Assembly: GCF_963506605.1 (NCBI RefSeq)
Contig: NC_083284.1
Coordinates: 24,490,001-24,554,000 of the forward strand
Length of the DNA: 64,000 bases
Source: Zootoca vivipara
Lineage: Eukaryota
Reading direction: 5' to 3'
The position numbers and the translations under genes were made by a program. The notes beneath the pieces are model-generated. The model searched no databases. It was given only the letters and a program-made list of their open reading frames with translations, and was not told the origin of the DNA. Positions 14,181-42,300 of this stretch are shown here, one piece after another. The first letter of the stretch is position 1, and the number at the start of each line of letters is the position of its first letter.

Positions 14181-14776
14181 TTCAGCTGCTTTAGCTAGCT
14201 ACATTAAAGGGCTTGAATCATGTTCTGCATTTGCTGGCTTCTGAAGGTTAGAATAATGATAACCTAGTTGAGGAATATTCCCCAGAGCCTTCTTGCTCAT
14301 TGGAGGAGTCTGAAGTCTACTCCTCAGAGTCTGGGTGGTGATGACAGCGTTGTTGTTTAGATACCACCCTTCCATCTGAGGATCACAGGGCAGTTTACAA
14401 TACTTCCCTGGGTTTTAGCAGGTTGGGTGCAGGATCCAAGCATAGGTCCTCCCCTAAAACCAGGCTCTGACTTTTCTTCTGAGCTACTGCTGGGCTGGAT
14501 CACTAAATCTCTGAAGTTTATTGGCCCAAGGCCATGACAGTCTCCATGCATTTTTTTTAAACAATAGGGAAAATAGCACCAAAACAGGACTTCAGAGTTT
14601 TAAGGATTCTGCAACTGTTTGAAATGTTTGAAAATGGTCTATACTATATAGTAAGATACCTGAATATTCTCTGTCCATAGGTATTATGCCATCCTGTGTA
14701 CGGTGGAGCCTGCTTAGCAAATCTCAATACAAAACCCACAATAAAAACAAACATTTCCTTGGTGGTATACATCACT

Positions 14777-14782
14777 TTTATT
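14777..14782 (-). terminator. Candidate polyadenylation signal (AATAAA), CFI copy A
   Basis: AATAAA on the minus strand ~500 nt after the stop; conserved in copy B. Confidence 0.55.
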
Positions 14783-15283
14783 TGAATATACAATGTTTAC
14801 AAAAGAAATGCAGTAACTGTTTACAGAAGCACACATACTTTAAAATTTATTAAATGCTAAATTTCACAACTCATAACTGATGATCTTCTGCAGCATAATC
14901 CAGCCAGAGCGGAACACTTTTAACTTTCACAGATGAGAGATGGGAAATCAATGGCCTTCCACGTGTTAATGGACTACAGATCCCATCATCCCTGACTGCT
15001 GGCCATGCTGGCTGGGGCTAATGGGAACTGGAGCCTGAAACATCTGGAGGGCCAAAGATTCCTCCCCCATCCCTGCCACAGTTTTCAGCAGGCTTAAAGC
15101 TGCAACTGCACACATATTTACTTGGGAGTAAGTTGCGTCTTCTGAGTAAACTTAATCGTGTTGTACATTTCTCTCATTGAAACCACTAGGACAATGCTTC
15201 ACTTTGGCTGGATTGAGCCACAAGTTCTGTAGCCTATCTTTAGTTATTGCCAAGGCAGAAAGAGGTGATATTTACATTCAAAA

Positions 15284-30825
<15,542 letters not shown>

Positions 30826-30894
30826 GGTGAAGAGTGTCTGTCCGTATTTAGAATATTTTCTTTCCCTAAAACTTTTCCCCAGTCTCAGACTTCT

Positions 30895-30940
30895 GCTATG
30901 TGTTTAATTTTTAACCATTAGCAAATATTTATAAAGATGG
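30895..30940 (-). promoter_or_regulatory. CFI-A proximal promoter: HNF1-like and FOXA-like sites
   Basis: gtttaatttttaac resembles GTTAATNATTAAC; gcaaatattt is forkhead-like. Both lie ~80-110 nt upstream of the ATG and are identical in copy B. Confidence 0.5.
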
Positions 30941-32884
30941 TTCCGAAACAACTACGGAGAACATCCATGTGCATGGATGGTTCTCAGCTCTTAGACAAGA
31001 TCCTGCTTAAACCTCAATTCACTGTTCACTGCAAAAATGATAAGAGAAGCAAACAAGTAAAAAGACTGGTAGATCCCTAAAGGAATGTGCTGTCCTGTGC
31101 TGTCCTCTCACACAACTTTCTTAATACTCTCACTTATTTATGTAGCTGCTTTGTATTTGCCTGCTTCTCTGGAACAGAAGAAAATGGATGATTTGCATAT
31201 TTAACTGACAGGGGACTAAGATTTCAAGGTTGTGTTTGGCCAGTTGCTCAATGCCTTGGCAAACGGATAAAAAAAGTATTTGTGCACTAAGCTCTGGGAG
31301 TGCCAGTTTCCGGGAATGGCTAAGCTACTAGCCCTAAAAAAATCAACAAATAGTGGGGCCGTACAGTTCAAAAATCCCTCTATTTAATAAGAGCAAGGGA
31401 AGAAGGTTTGTGTTTTAGTTTTTCTCCTTAGGAACATAGGAAGCTCCCTTATACCGAGTCAGACCATAGGTCCATCTAACTCAGTGTTATCTGCAGCCTG
31501 TAGCAGCAACCTCTTCACATAAGCCTTTCCACCAGGGGCCGCCTCCAAGTTTATGTTACAGTACATAGTTCTTGCTCCCTCCCTTTCAGCTGTACTGATA
31601 CTTGGGGGACCACACCATAAAACAGTTGTAGGGGGAGTGGAGCAACAAATGCTCTTTGTCAGGGCTTTTTTTCAGCTGGGACTCACCGGAACTGAGTTCC
31701 TGCACCTGAGGGCGGGCACCGTTGCCATTATAAGAGAACAAGGTTCATGGTGAGTTCCGGCACCTCTTTTTCTGGAAAAAAAAACACTGAGCACCTTAAG
31801 ACATGCAAGAAAACGGGTTACCTCCAGGAATTTTGAAATGGGTTTAGTGACCCTGGAAGTCTGCATCTCTACATTCTGTAACTTCTCCTGCTGTACGCCA
31901 ATAGCTATTTGGAAAGAACATTTCTGTTTTGGCCATGCCTGCTTAGAAATAAGCACCACTCAGTTCAGTAGGGATTAATCTCAAATCAGGGTGCAGAAGA
32001 CTGTGGGATTTGTGTGATTACAATACAAATATTTCTTTCACTTTAAAACACAGCTGATTTCTCAGTAATTCTTGTCACTGATGATTAGGAAACAAGGAAG
32101 TAAACAGAAAATTAGCCCTACAGGTATTTCCCACACTTTGCCTGATTTAGGCTAGTAATATATGCGACTTTTCTATTGGTTCTGTGCAACAAATTCCCAG
32201 TAATCAAATGCAGAGTCAATGAAGCTTCTTAATAACTAGCATTCAAAACACTAGTTTGGAAACAATTTCTGCATGTAAAATTTTGAATGTAAAATTCAAA
32301 ATGAAGTGATAAGGTATGTTAAGGCTTCCTTATGGAAGTATCTAAAGGTATAGATTCAAAGGTATAGATTTAAAGGTAAAGGTAAAGGTAAGGAAGCCTG
32401 CAGCTGCAATAGACATTCTAATTCTGCTTACTGTTATAATAATTTGATTTATTATATGATTACATAAGGAAAGACCATAAGATTGAGGAAAAATTCAATA
32501 ATAATAAAGAAATTCTGGAACGTGATTCATCAGATGTTTTGGACTACGACTCTCATCAGCCCCAACCAGCTGTAATCAGGGATACAGACATATATTTTGT
32601 CCACAGATGTTGAAGTTTATTGGCCCAAGGCCATGACATCATCCATGCATTTCATTTGAACAATAGGGAAAATAGCACCTAAACAGGACTTCAGAGTTTA
32701 AAGGATTCTGCAACTGTTTGAAATGAAAATTTATAGCAGTGGGATTCTAGGCTGTACAGTAAGATACCTGAATATTCTCTGTCCATAGGTATTATGCCAT
32801 TTTGTGCACGGTGGAGCCTGCTTAGCAAATCTCAATACAATACCCAAAATAAAAACAAACATTTTCTTGGTGGTATACATCACT

Positions 32885-32890
32885 TTTATT
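32885..32890 (-). terminator. Candidate polyadenylation signal (AATAAA), CFI copy B
   Basis: Paralogous to 14777-14782. Confidence 0.55.
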
Positions 32891-33396
32891 TGAATATACA
32901 AGGAGTACAAACGAAATGCAGTAACTGTTTACAGAAGAACACATACTTCAAAATTTATTAAATGCTAAATTTCACAACTCATAACTGATGATCTTTTGCA
33001 GCATAATCCAGCCAGAGCGGAGCACTTTTAACTTTCACAGGTGAGAGATGGGAAATCAATGGCCTTCCACGTTTTAATGGACTACAAATCCCATCATCCC
33101 TGACTGCTGGCCATGCTGGCTGGGGCTAATGGGAACTGGAGCCTGAAACATCTGGAGGGCCAAAGGTTCCTTCCCCATCCCTGCCACAGTTTTCAGCAAG
33201 CTTAAAGCTGCAACTGCACACATATTTACTTGGGAGTAAGTTACGCCTTCTGAGTAAACATAATCATGCTGTACATTTCTCTCATTGAAACCACTAGGAC
33301 AATGCTTCACTTTGGCTGGATTGAGTCACAAGTTCTGCAGCCTATCTTCAGTTATTGCCGAGGCAGAAAAAAAAGAAATATTTACATTCCAAATCA

Positions 33397-36300
33397 CTAG
33401 TTATATCGCGAAATGAGATTCAGTCCAGTGTGATAGCCAATCCAACTGAAATAATGTGCCACTTTTGTATAAATCCCAGGGCGTCCTTTTTCACCACAAG
33501 TTTCCCTCCAGCTCACAACACCCCAAACATACCCCACATTATTAGAGTCAAAACAAACTAAGGGTCCTCCTGAGTCACCTTTACAGGAATCCACAGAGCC
33601 ATCATGCGTACCTGAACAGAGAAAAACCAAGTACAGTAAGTTGTTGAATGCATATTTTAATGGCAAGGATGCTACAGGTACCCTCACCCACAACAAAGGG
33701 AATTGTGGGTGCAGTTTCATTCCCAAACTATATTATTGATACTGGATACAGTCATAATAGAGTAGAAAGGCTGATCCTTGTCAAAGACTGACATAATTAT
33801 TCAGTGAACTGGTGTTATTCTGGATATTATCTTTAAATGCTGGTGATTTAGGGAGCAATCCAAACTCCTGCTAGTCCAGTGGAGTCACGTGGGGCAATGA
33901 GGCCATGGCTGCATCCACAGCCCTGCCATGCATGACAACCAAGGCAGAAAGGAGAAGGCAGATAAACATCCCCTCTTCCTGTTAACTTGTTAATAGTCAT
34001 GTGGGGAGCTATTTGTGTGTTTGTTTTGTCTCAGGCAATGATATGTGTTGACCTGTCTCTGCTTACTTAATACTGGCTCACAGGGCCGGCGCGTCCATTT
34101 AGGTAAACTAGGCAGCTGCCTAGGGCGCCAAAATGGAGGGTTCCCCCCCTGAGAATTTACCCCGGCGCAGGCAGGTCACTGTGGAGCCGCGCGACCAGAT
34201 CGCCTCGCGCTCTCGCTCGCTCCCCCGCTGCCACTCCTCTTCCCTCCGCCCACCCCGCCTCGCTCCGGCAGCAGCACGCAGCCTCCTCCCGCCGCGAGGA
34301 CCGCCCCCTCCACAAAGAAGGGAAGCACCGCGCGCTCGCACGCCAAGACACCGATGGAGAGAGAGGCTTTGTTCAGTGTTCCAACGTTGGCCGTTTCCAA
34401 CGTCCCCTTTGTTCAGAGGGTTTGTTCAGTGTTCCAACGTGGGCCGTTTCCGGCGTCACAGCGACCCCCTTCCCCGCCCCACCCTGCACAAAAAGAGGCT
34501 TCCGCTATAACAAGATCGGGGTAAATTCTGGTAAAAAATCCAGCAAAGGCGTTGCTAATCACCATCAGTAACAACAGTTCCATGTCATTTGGCAACCGTC
34601 CAAAGGGAGATTCCAAGCAGGGGCAAATTTAGAAATGATTTAATTATTTATTAAATTTGTATACCGCCCTATCTACTATACCTGTAGCTCTCAGAGCCGT
34701 TCACAACAGAAAATTACAATATACACAGAATACACAATGAAAATAAAAACAAGGACATGAAATGATTACATATGCTTTTGTTATGGGAATATCACACCCT
34801 TCAAATAAGTTGGTAAGCAGCAATTCTCTTGGATTCAACACTTTCCAGCTCCCCACCCCACAGTAAATATCATAGTAACCTAATGTATGATACTGAGTCA
34901 GACCATTGGTCTATCTACCACAGCATTCTAGTGTTTCCCAAAACTGGGTCACCAATTGTTTTTGGACTACAATTCCCATCATTCCTGACCACTTGTCCTG
35001 CTAGCTAGGGAACATGTGAGTTGTAGTCAAAAAAACAGCTGCCAACTCAAGACAGCCGCAGTGGAGGCGGCCTCAGGCTTGCGCTCCCCGTGTGAAGCTC
35101 CAGAGGCGCGCGAGCCTGGGGCTGCCTCCTCTGCGCCTGTCACTGTTGAGCGGCTTCAGGCCGCTATCCCGAGGCGCGTGCGTGCCTCTGGAGAGCAGGC
35201 TGAAGCCGCTCAACAGCTGACAGCCACAGTGGAGCCGGCCCCAGGCTCGCGCTCCCCGCGTGAAGCTCCGGAGGCGCGCGGGGGGCGCAAGCCTGGGGCC
35301 ACTTCGCTGCGCCTCTCAGCTGTTTTTTATTTTTATTTTATTTTTTCTATTTTCAATTTTTTCTATTTTCTATTTTTATTTATTATTTATTATATTTTTT
35401 AGAAGGTGATCTCACCTAGGGCGCAAAAAACCCTAGCACCGGCCCTGCTGGCTCATTAGTTTGCGTCCAGATGGGTGTCAAAAATGATAAGAGTTCATAT
35501 TCACCCGCACATTCCATGCCTTCAAAGTACCGGTTCCCGTAGATTTCAGAACAGTTTTCCATTAGATAAATGTAGCCCCACTTAAGGCCAAATTGCTTTT
35601 CAAACTCTAAAGAAGAAATAAATAACAGTTGGTGTTTCATTTTACCATTTATTAATTGTTCACACTTCAATACCGTACTTTCATTCACCGTCTATAAACT
35701 TATCCCATTTCAACCATGGTCGGGTTAATCTGATTTCCAAACCAGTTAGCAACAGTTATCTCCAAAGAGCTCACGCTGTAGTAGCTGAAACTTGAAGAGA
35801 CTCCCGAATCCACCTGCGGATTCCGTCCCTGAGAATTTCACAGGTGCTTTCTTTCCCCTTTGAGAATTTTAGAATGTAATTTCTTTTCTCATGACTTGAT
35901 GCAGGATGGTGGGGGAGGAGGAAGAAGGGGGTGAGATGTTCAGCTGAGACCAATAGGAAATGCTAGTGACACAGCTTTTAATGAGCTGTTATATAGAAGA
36001 GTTGAAAGGAAGTGCTTTTGTAGCTTAGCAAAGTATGAGGCCAGAAGAGATGAGGAAATTGTAACCATAATTCAAAGAAGTAATTAGCCTATTCCATTTA
36101 CCTTCATTGAGTCCCCAGCCGGACACTTTGCACTGGTGGCCACCTTTGAACATGTATTTTGACCAAGGGACACAGACTGGCACAGAGTCATGCGAGGAAC
36201 ATGTTGATTGGTTCTTGTCCCTGGGTTTCATCTCCAGCAAAGCAATGTCATTTTCATATGTTTTGGGGTTGTAATTCTCGTGAACTATTACTTTAACTAC

Positions 36301-39300
36301 TTGAAATACTTCTATTATACCATACTGTACTGCTGTGTTCAGCAGTCCAATCCATACCGTATAAGTATTTGCACGGTTCTCTCTGCAAAGAAGAAATGTG
36401 TTTCAAAGAGTGCAAGCAGAAACACAAACTTTGGATTATGAAACATTTTCCAGCTACAGTACTGAATCAAGTAGTCAAATGGATTATATACACAAGCACC
36501 CACTTTCAGCAATAGACTCCTGCACAGTTTTCCACGCCTTTATGAAATCCATTAGATTAAATCCATTAGATGAGAAAAGCTGAGATTCGTCTGAGATACA
36601 GCAAAAATAGCTGAGGCCTGGCTACAAATTTATTTATTTATTATTGCATTCATTTTAATATTTATTTAATCAAAACTTAATTATTTGCATTTCGGGGGGG
36701 GGGGAATCCATGGAAAATGAGACAATCAAACTGTTAAAAAAGCACAATAAAACGACATGCCAGCTGGAACAAGAAACTCTTCAGTCATGAACCTGAAGTT
36801 CAACAGAGAGTGTATCTCTTTAATTACAGTTGTGAGGGAGTTCAACAGTTTAGAGAAGGGCTCAGCAACCTTTCTCAGCCGTGGGCCAGTCCAATGTCCC
36901 CCAGACCATGTGGTGGGCTGGACTATATTTTGGAGGAGAAAAATGAGCAAATTCCTATGCCCCACAAATAACCCAGAGATGTATTTTAAATAAAAGCACA
37001 CATTCTACTCATGTAAAAACACCAGGCAGGTCCCACAAATAACCCAGAGATGCATTTTAAATAAAAGGAAATATTCTACTCATGTAAAAACACACTGATT
37101 CCCGGGACATCCACGGGCCAGATTGAGAAGGCGATTGGGCCGCATCTGGCCCATGGGCCGTAGGTTGCCTACCCCTGGTCTAGAGTTCACTTCTACTAGA
37201 TATTAGCAATGTGTTTGAGCCATGGGGGACCACCAACAGCGATTCCCCCAAAGATCTCAAACAATTTTTTAAAAAACTATAAGGGACCAGTTAAGTATTT
37301 TCTTTTATTTACTTGATGGGGGGGGCTGTCCCTCCTGCCCCCCCCACTACACCCATGTCAATTAAGCCAATATAGAACTGCTAGACAGTTGTAACATAGA
37401 TGGAGCCGTAGACGTCCAAGACCCTAAAAGTTCCTTTTGTTCTGTCTCTTGCTGCAAGGCAATTCCCACTTGAGAGTCGCCAAATCCACTTACCTAACAC
37501 AGTGTGCAGCCGTCAAAACCCAGCAGCCCCCAATATAAACGCCACTGCACTTCACTTCTGTCCCTTCCCCTTTAATGGCCACGTGCCAAGGAAATTCATC
37601 CTGCAAATACATGAGGCATGATGTTACACTTTTCTAGACCAGTTCTCCTACTAATATTACTTATGTCTATGTATGGGACGCGGGTGGCGCTGTGGGTTAA
37701 ACCATAGAGCCTAGGGCTTGCCGATCAGAAGGTCAGCGGTTCGGATCCCTGCCACGGGGTGAGCTCCCGTTGCTCGGTCCCAGCTCCTGCCAACCTAGCA
37801 GTTCGAAAGCACCTCAAAGTGCAAGTAGATAAAAAGGTACCACTACAGCGGGAAGTAAACGGCGTTTCCGTGTGCTGCTCTGGTTCGCCAGAAGCGGCTT
37901 TGTCATGCTGGCCACATGAGCTGGAAGCTGTACCCTTGGTCAATAACGCGAGATGAGTGCCGCAACCCCAGAGTTGTTCACGACTGGATCTAATGGTCAG
38001 GGTTCCCTTTACCTTTACCTATGTATGTGGTCACCGGATGGAACTGCAAGTAGGAGCAAAAATCAAGGTTGACAAAGTATGGTAGATATTTATTTCAGAC
38101 CCTACTGTTTCTACTCTACCTTCTTCAGGAAAAGTCAGAGAAACAAAGGTTCAGCATTTTGATGTGCTGCCTCTTCTTTTCCTGTTGGATAAAGAAATAG
38201 CTCCTTCGTCCATTCCACTTTTTGGGTTCCTACTTCTAGTTGGATTTTTAAAAATAATATTTGATGTACTAAAATGTCCTATAGAAAAAAAAATCTACCA
38301 TAGGCCCTTAACTGGAGTGTTTCACTGATTTCAACTGTGCTGCCGATTCAGATTCCCTAGCTCATGACTAGAGGGAGGGAAGGTTGAGGAGGAGGAAAGG
38401 GGGGGTATTGCTTGGCAATATTGTAAAAGACTGAAAATTAACTCTTTGCTTTCCTACTTATACTGTACTCAAAAAGCTTATGCTTTGCCATAGATTTCTA
38501 GGTTTTATCCATTGTCACCATTCCTGCAGGTCTAAAAAATGCATTAAAAGCACAGACTTGACATTACAGACACAACATTATAGTAGCTGTATTGTTACCG
38601 GTAGCTATGGCTGATTTTCCTTTTACCTTTCTTGCAGTGAATCCACCTGCGATTCGCTTCTGACGAGTAACAGTGTGGTTTGCAATGCCGCACTGTAATT
38701 GAGGTAACAATGTTTTGATCTTTCTTCTTTCTTTAATAAAAGAGATAAGCAGTGTCATGCTTACAACTCGTTCCCTTGCATTTGTTGAAATAAACTGCTT
38801 TGTGGTTTGATTTTTTAAAATGGCTTTTAAAGCCCTCTTTGGGCATTTAGTTTACATACGTGCATTGACGATAATGGAACGAAGGAGAGTTGGGTGCACT
38901 GGCAAATCCCACCTCCTCCAGCACATCACAGTCCCTGTCCTTCCAGTCCTTCACAGGATGGAGTGTCAACTTCTGAACTGGGGACCTCTTGTGGAGGCCG
39001 GCTGTGCAATCTAGAACCCCCACATATTAGGGATAATTGCTTGCAAAATGCACATTTTATAAGAAGTGCATTCAAAAATGTTATACCTACTTTAATGTAT
39101 TTTATTTTTCCTTTAAAAAATAATAATCACAAACTATTGCAGAAATTGGGTGTACTGAAGATTGAAAAAATGAGAAACCAAAACTGGCAGATTCAATTAA
39201 CCCTAACACTTATACAATAATTCATTTTAAGCACATATCCTCCAACATCCTGGGGACCAAAACAGAGGTGCTTATTTCTGGTCTCGTGACTCGCGCCAGA

Positions 39301-42300
39301 GTGCCAGACCAAAAAATGGGGCATTCCAGGATCCAATCAGAAGTCAGGATTGGCTGTTGTAATTCTGGGATATCCCACTTAAATCAGGACTGTTGAGCAA
39401 ATGTAAGCAGCTTTTTAAAAGGTTTCCTTTCAGGGAGTTGATGCGTGGCACTTTCCTGAGAAAAGAATCAAGACTCATGGGTTTCAAGGCCAGCTCTTTC
39501 CTTTGATGGTTGTTTTCAAAGGTGGAAAGGGGTTTGTTAAGCAACATACTCCTGTGTAGCCTTGAAGGCTTCATCCTCCGTTCATATATTCATGTGCTTT
39601 ACACAGCTGTTCACGTGAGCAGCTTCCAGTACCTTTCTGACAGCACACTGTCAAAAGTGCCCCGGAAGAGGTGATAAACCAACATGGTGAAAATCATTGG
39701 AAGCTCAGGAGAAAGCATGATTTGACACAAGCAGCTTCCCCATGGAGTAGTTTCCAATTTGCAAGAGCGATTAGTGAATGCATGTAATAAGTTCCATTGA
39801 GCAAAGCAGACTTCACTTATGAGTAAGCATGCATAGGACTGGACTGCTGAATCAGTCCAAGCAACTGTCATATTGTCTATTGATGATGATGATATAGTGT
39901 ATTTACCTTCATCCATAGACTGTTCAGCGTCTTCTGTTCCTTCTGAAATAAAATAAGAGTGTACAACTACATTAAATTATTGTAACTGAAAATCTAGTTT
40001 CAGATCCATGAACCTATGAACATTCCTGCAGCTGAGCCTTCACAGCTCTTTGATCTATAGCAATTAGCAAGTGATAGTGTTTATTTTCATGCTGCAAAGA
40101 ACTTAGTGATGTCCAGGAAATAATATTAAAACACAAAATGTTACCTCTTGCATTTGGTTCAGCTCTCCTATTGCGTATTTAAAACATACACAGACACACA
40201 TATATAAAAATGTAAAATGTCCATGTTTGTGTGCGATGACTTTTCTCCGAAACAGCTAGACCGATTGTGTTCAAATTTTGACACAACGTTCCATTCCAAT
40301 ATGCGAGTGTTTGCATAGCCTTAGATTTATACAGACATCACACCTGTCACAGGTAAAAACATGATATAGCGCCTTCCAGTGGTCGGCAAAGGAACAGACG
40401 CCATATCTTTTTGCGTAGCAATAGCGCCATCTGTTGGACGTCAAAGGAAAGGATCCTATAGAACATTCTATGGGGGGGGGGGGAAACAACATTTCCAGAC
40501 TCCCACCCCCTCCTCATCCTCCTCCACCTACCTCACCATTCCACAACCATAGCCGCCGGTGGGAGAGGGAGGATGGCAGGTAGCCCGGGAGTCAGGAAGG
40601 GCCTCACCGCTGCTCACCTCCAACCACCCGCAGACGTAGCCTCCACCGCTGCCACCGACACCGGGACACTCAGGCCAGGCCACGAGAGACAAGTCGGGCC
40701 CCACCGCCGCTGCCTCCGCCTCCGCCACCGCCTCTGTCACCAACGCCTCGAGAGGCAGGCCAGGCCTCCCCATGAGAGGCAGGCCGAGCCCCAAAGCCAC
40801 CGCCCCAGCCACCGTTGTGAGAGGCAGGCCAGGCCTCTCCGCAAGAGTCAAACTAGACCCCACTTCTGCCTCCGACGCCTACACTGGGAGACTCAGGCCG
40901 GACCGCAAGAGCCAGGCTGGGCCCCACACCCACCGCTGCATTCGCCGCCGATGTCGCGAGAGCCCGGTCAGGCCTCGCTGCAAGAGGTAGGCTGGGCCCC
41001 AAACTCAACGCCTCATCCACTGCTGACGTTGTAAGACGCAGGCCAGTCCTTGCTTCTCCTCGCCCCCATCACCGGGCAGAGAGGAAGGCTGGTAGGCAGG
41101 CTGGGCCTCACCTACCCTCACCTCCACCGCTCCTCACCTCCCATGCCGACACCACGAGAGCCACAGCAACGCATGGCCGGGTACAGCTAGTATTATATAC
41201 AGTATAAGTAGGATGTACACAGAAAAAAAAACATACATCAACGCACACTATGCTATGAATTAGACTGGATTGCTGGATATTGGTGTTTGAGAATCTAAAT
41301 GTTGGACGTCCAATAATGCCTGCATCATACTTGACCATTGGCTATGCTAAGATACCCTTCCATGTTTAGCCTTGCAGGGGTGAAGTTCTTGAAGAGTTCA
41401 GAGGAAGAAATTGCTTTGTTCAGCTGGGAAGCCAAATAATATTTTGGGGTAGATCACCCTGTACAACTTAAATCGCATTTTCTTATATGCATGAGTAATT
41501 AGCATGGAGTTGCAGAGTCTGTTCTTGCAGAGTTGCAATTTGTAAGTTGCCAATTGCCATTGTCCTCTCATTGTGGGACTAAGGCTGATTGCAGAGAGCA
41601 ACTCGGAAGCCTTCTTCACCTTGGTAGACAAGAGCAGCCTCTCCCAACCTTGGGTTTCCAGGTGTTGTTAAACTACAACTCTCATCAGCCCCAGCCAGCA
41701 TGGCCCAATGGTCAAGGATGACGAGCATTGTAGTCCAACAACATTTGAGGACCCAAGTTTGGGAATAGGACAGAGGAACATGTAAATGGGCTGATCACAA
41801 AATTTGCAAGCAATAATATGTACATTTTTTTCTTCTGACTCATTGGTTACATTGTTCTTTTTTCAAATAGTTTCAAAGTGTGCATTTATTTATTTGCTCT
41901 GTATAACTGTGGTTCCATGAATGGGCTGCAAATTAGAGACTGGTTTTTTCCTGAGCTATTCCTGCCCAATAAGCTGACCTATAAAAAGCAGGACACTCCT
42001 GAGAGAACCCAGAGAGAAACATAAGAATAGAGTTATAAAATAATATATATATATGAAAATTACCCGAATGTTCATTTCCTTCAGCTCTTTTTTTATCACC
42101 TATTTAAAACATGCACATATACATAAAATAAGTAAGGTGAACACATAAAAAACCAATCCACCAACAAACAATGAACTAGACTGACTTCCATTATATTAAG
42201 GGTCTGTAGTCCTGCAGATATTGTTAAACTCCACCTCTAAACTGGAAGGATTGTGGGGAGTGGTTCAAAACTACATATGAACCTTGCTCAGTAATACAGA

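Noticed and set aside
40528-41034. Overlapping ORFs of 72-153 aa
   Set aside because: GC-rich internal repeats of a non-autonomous element; no transposase or helicase motifs.
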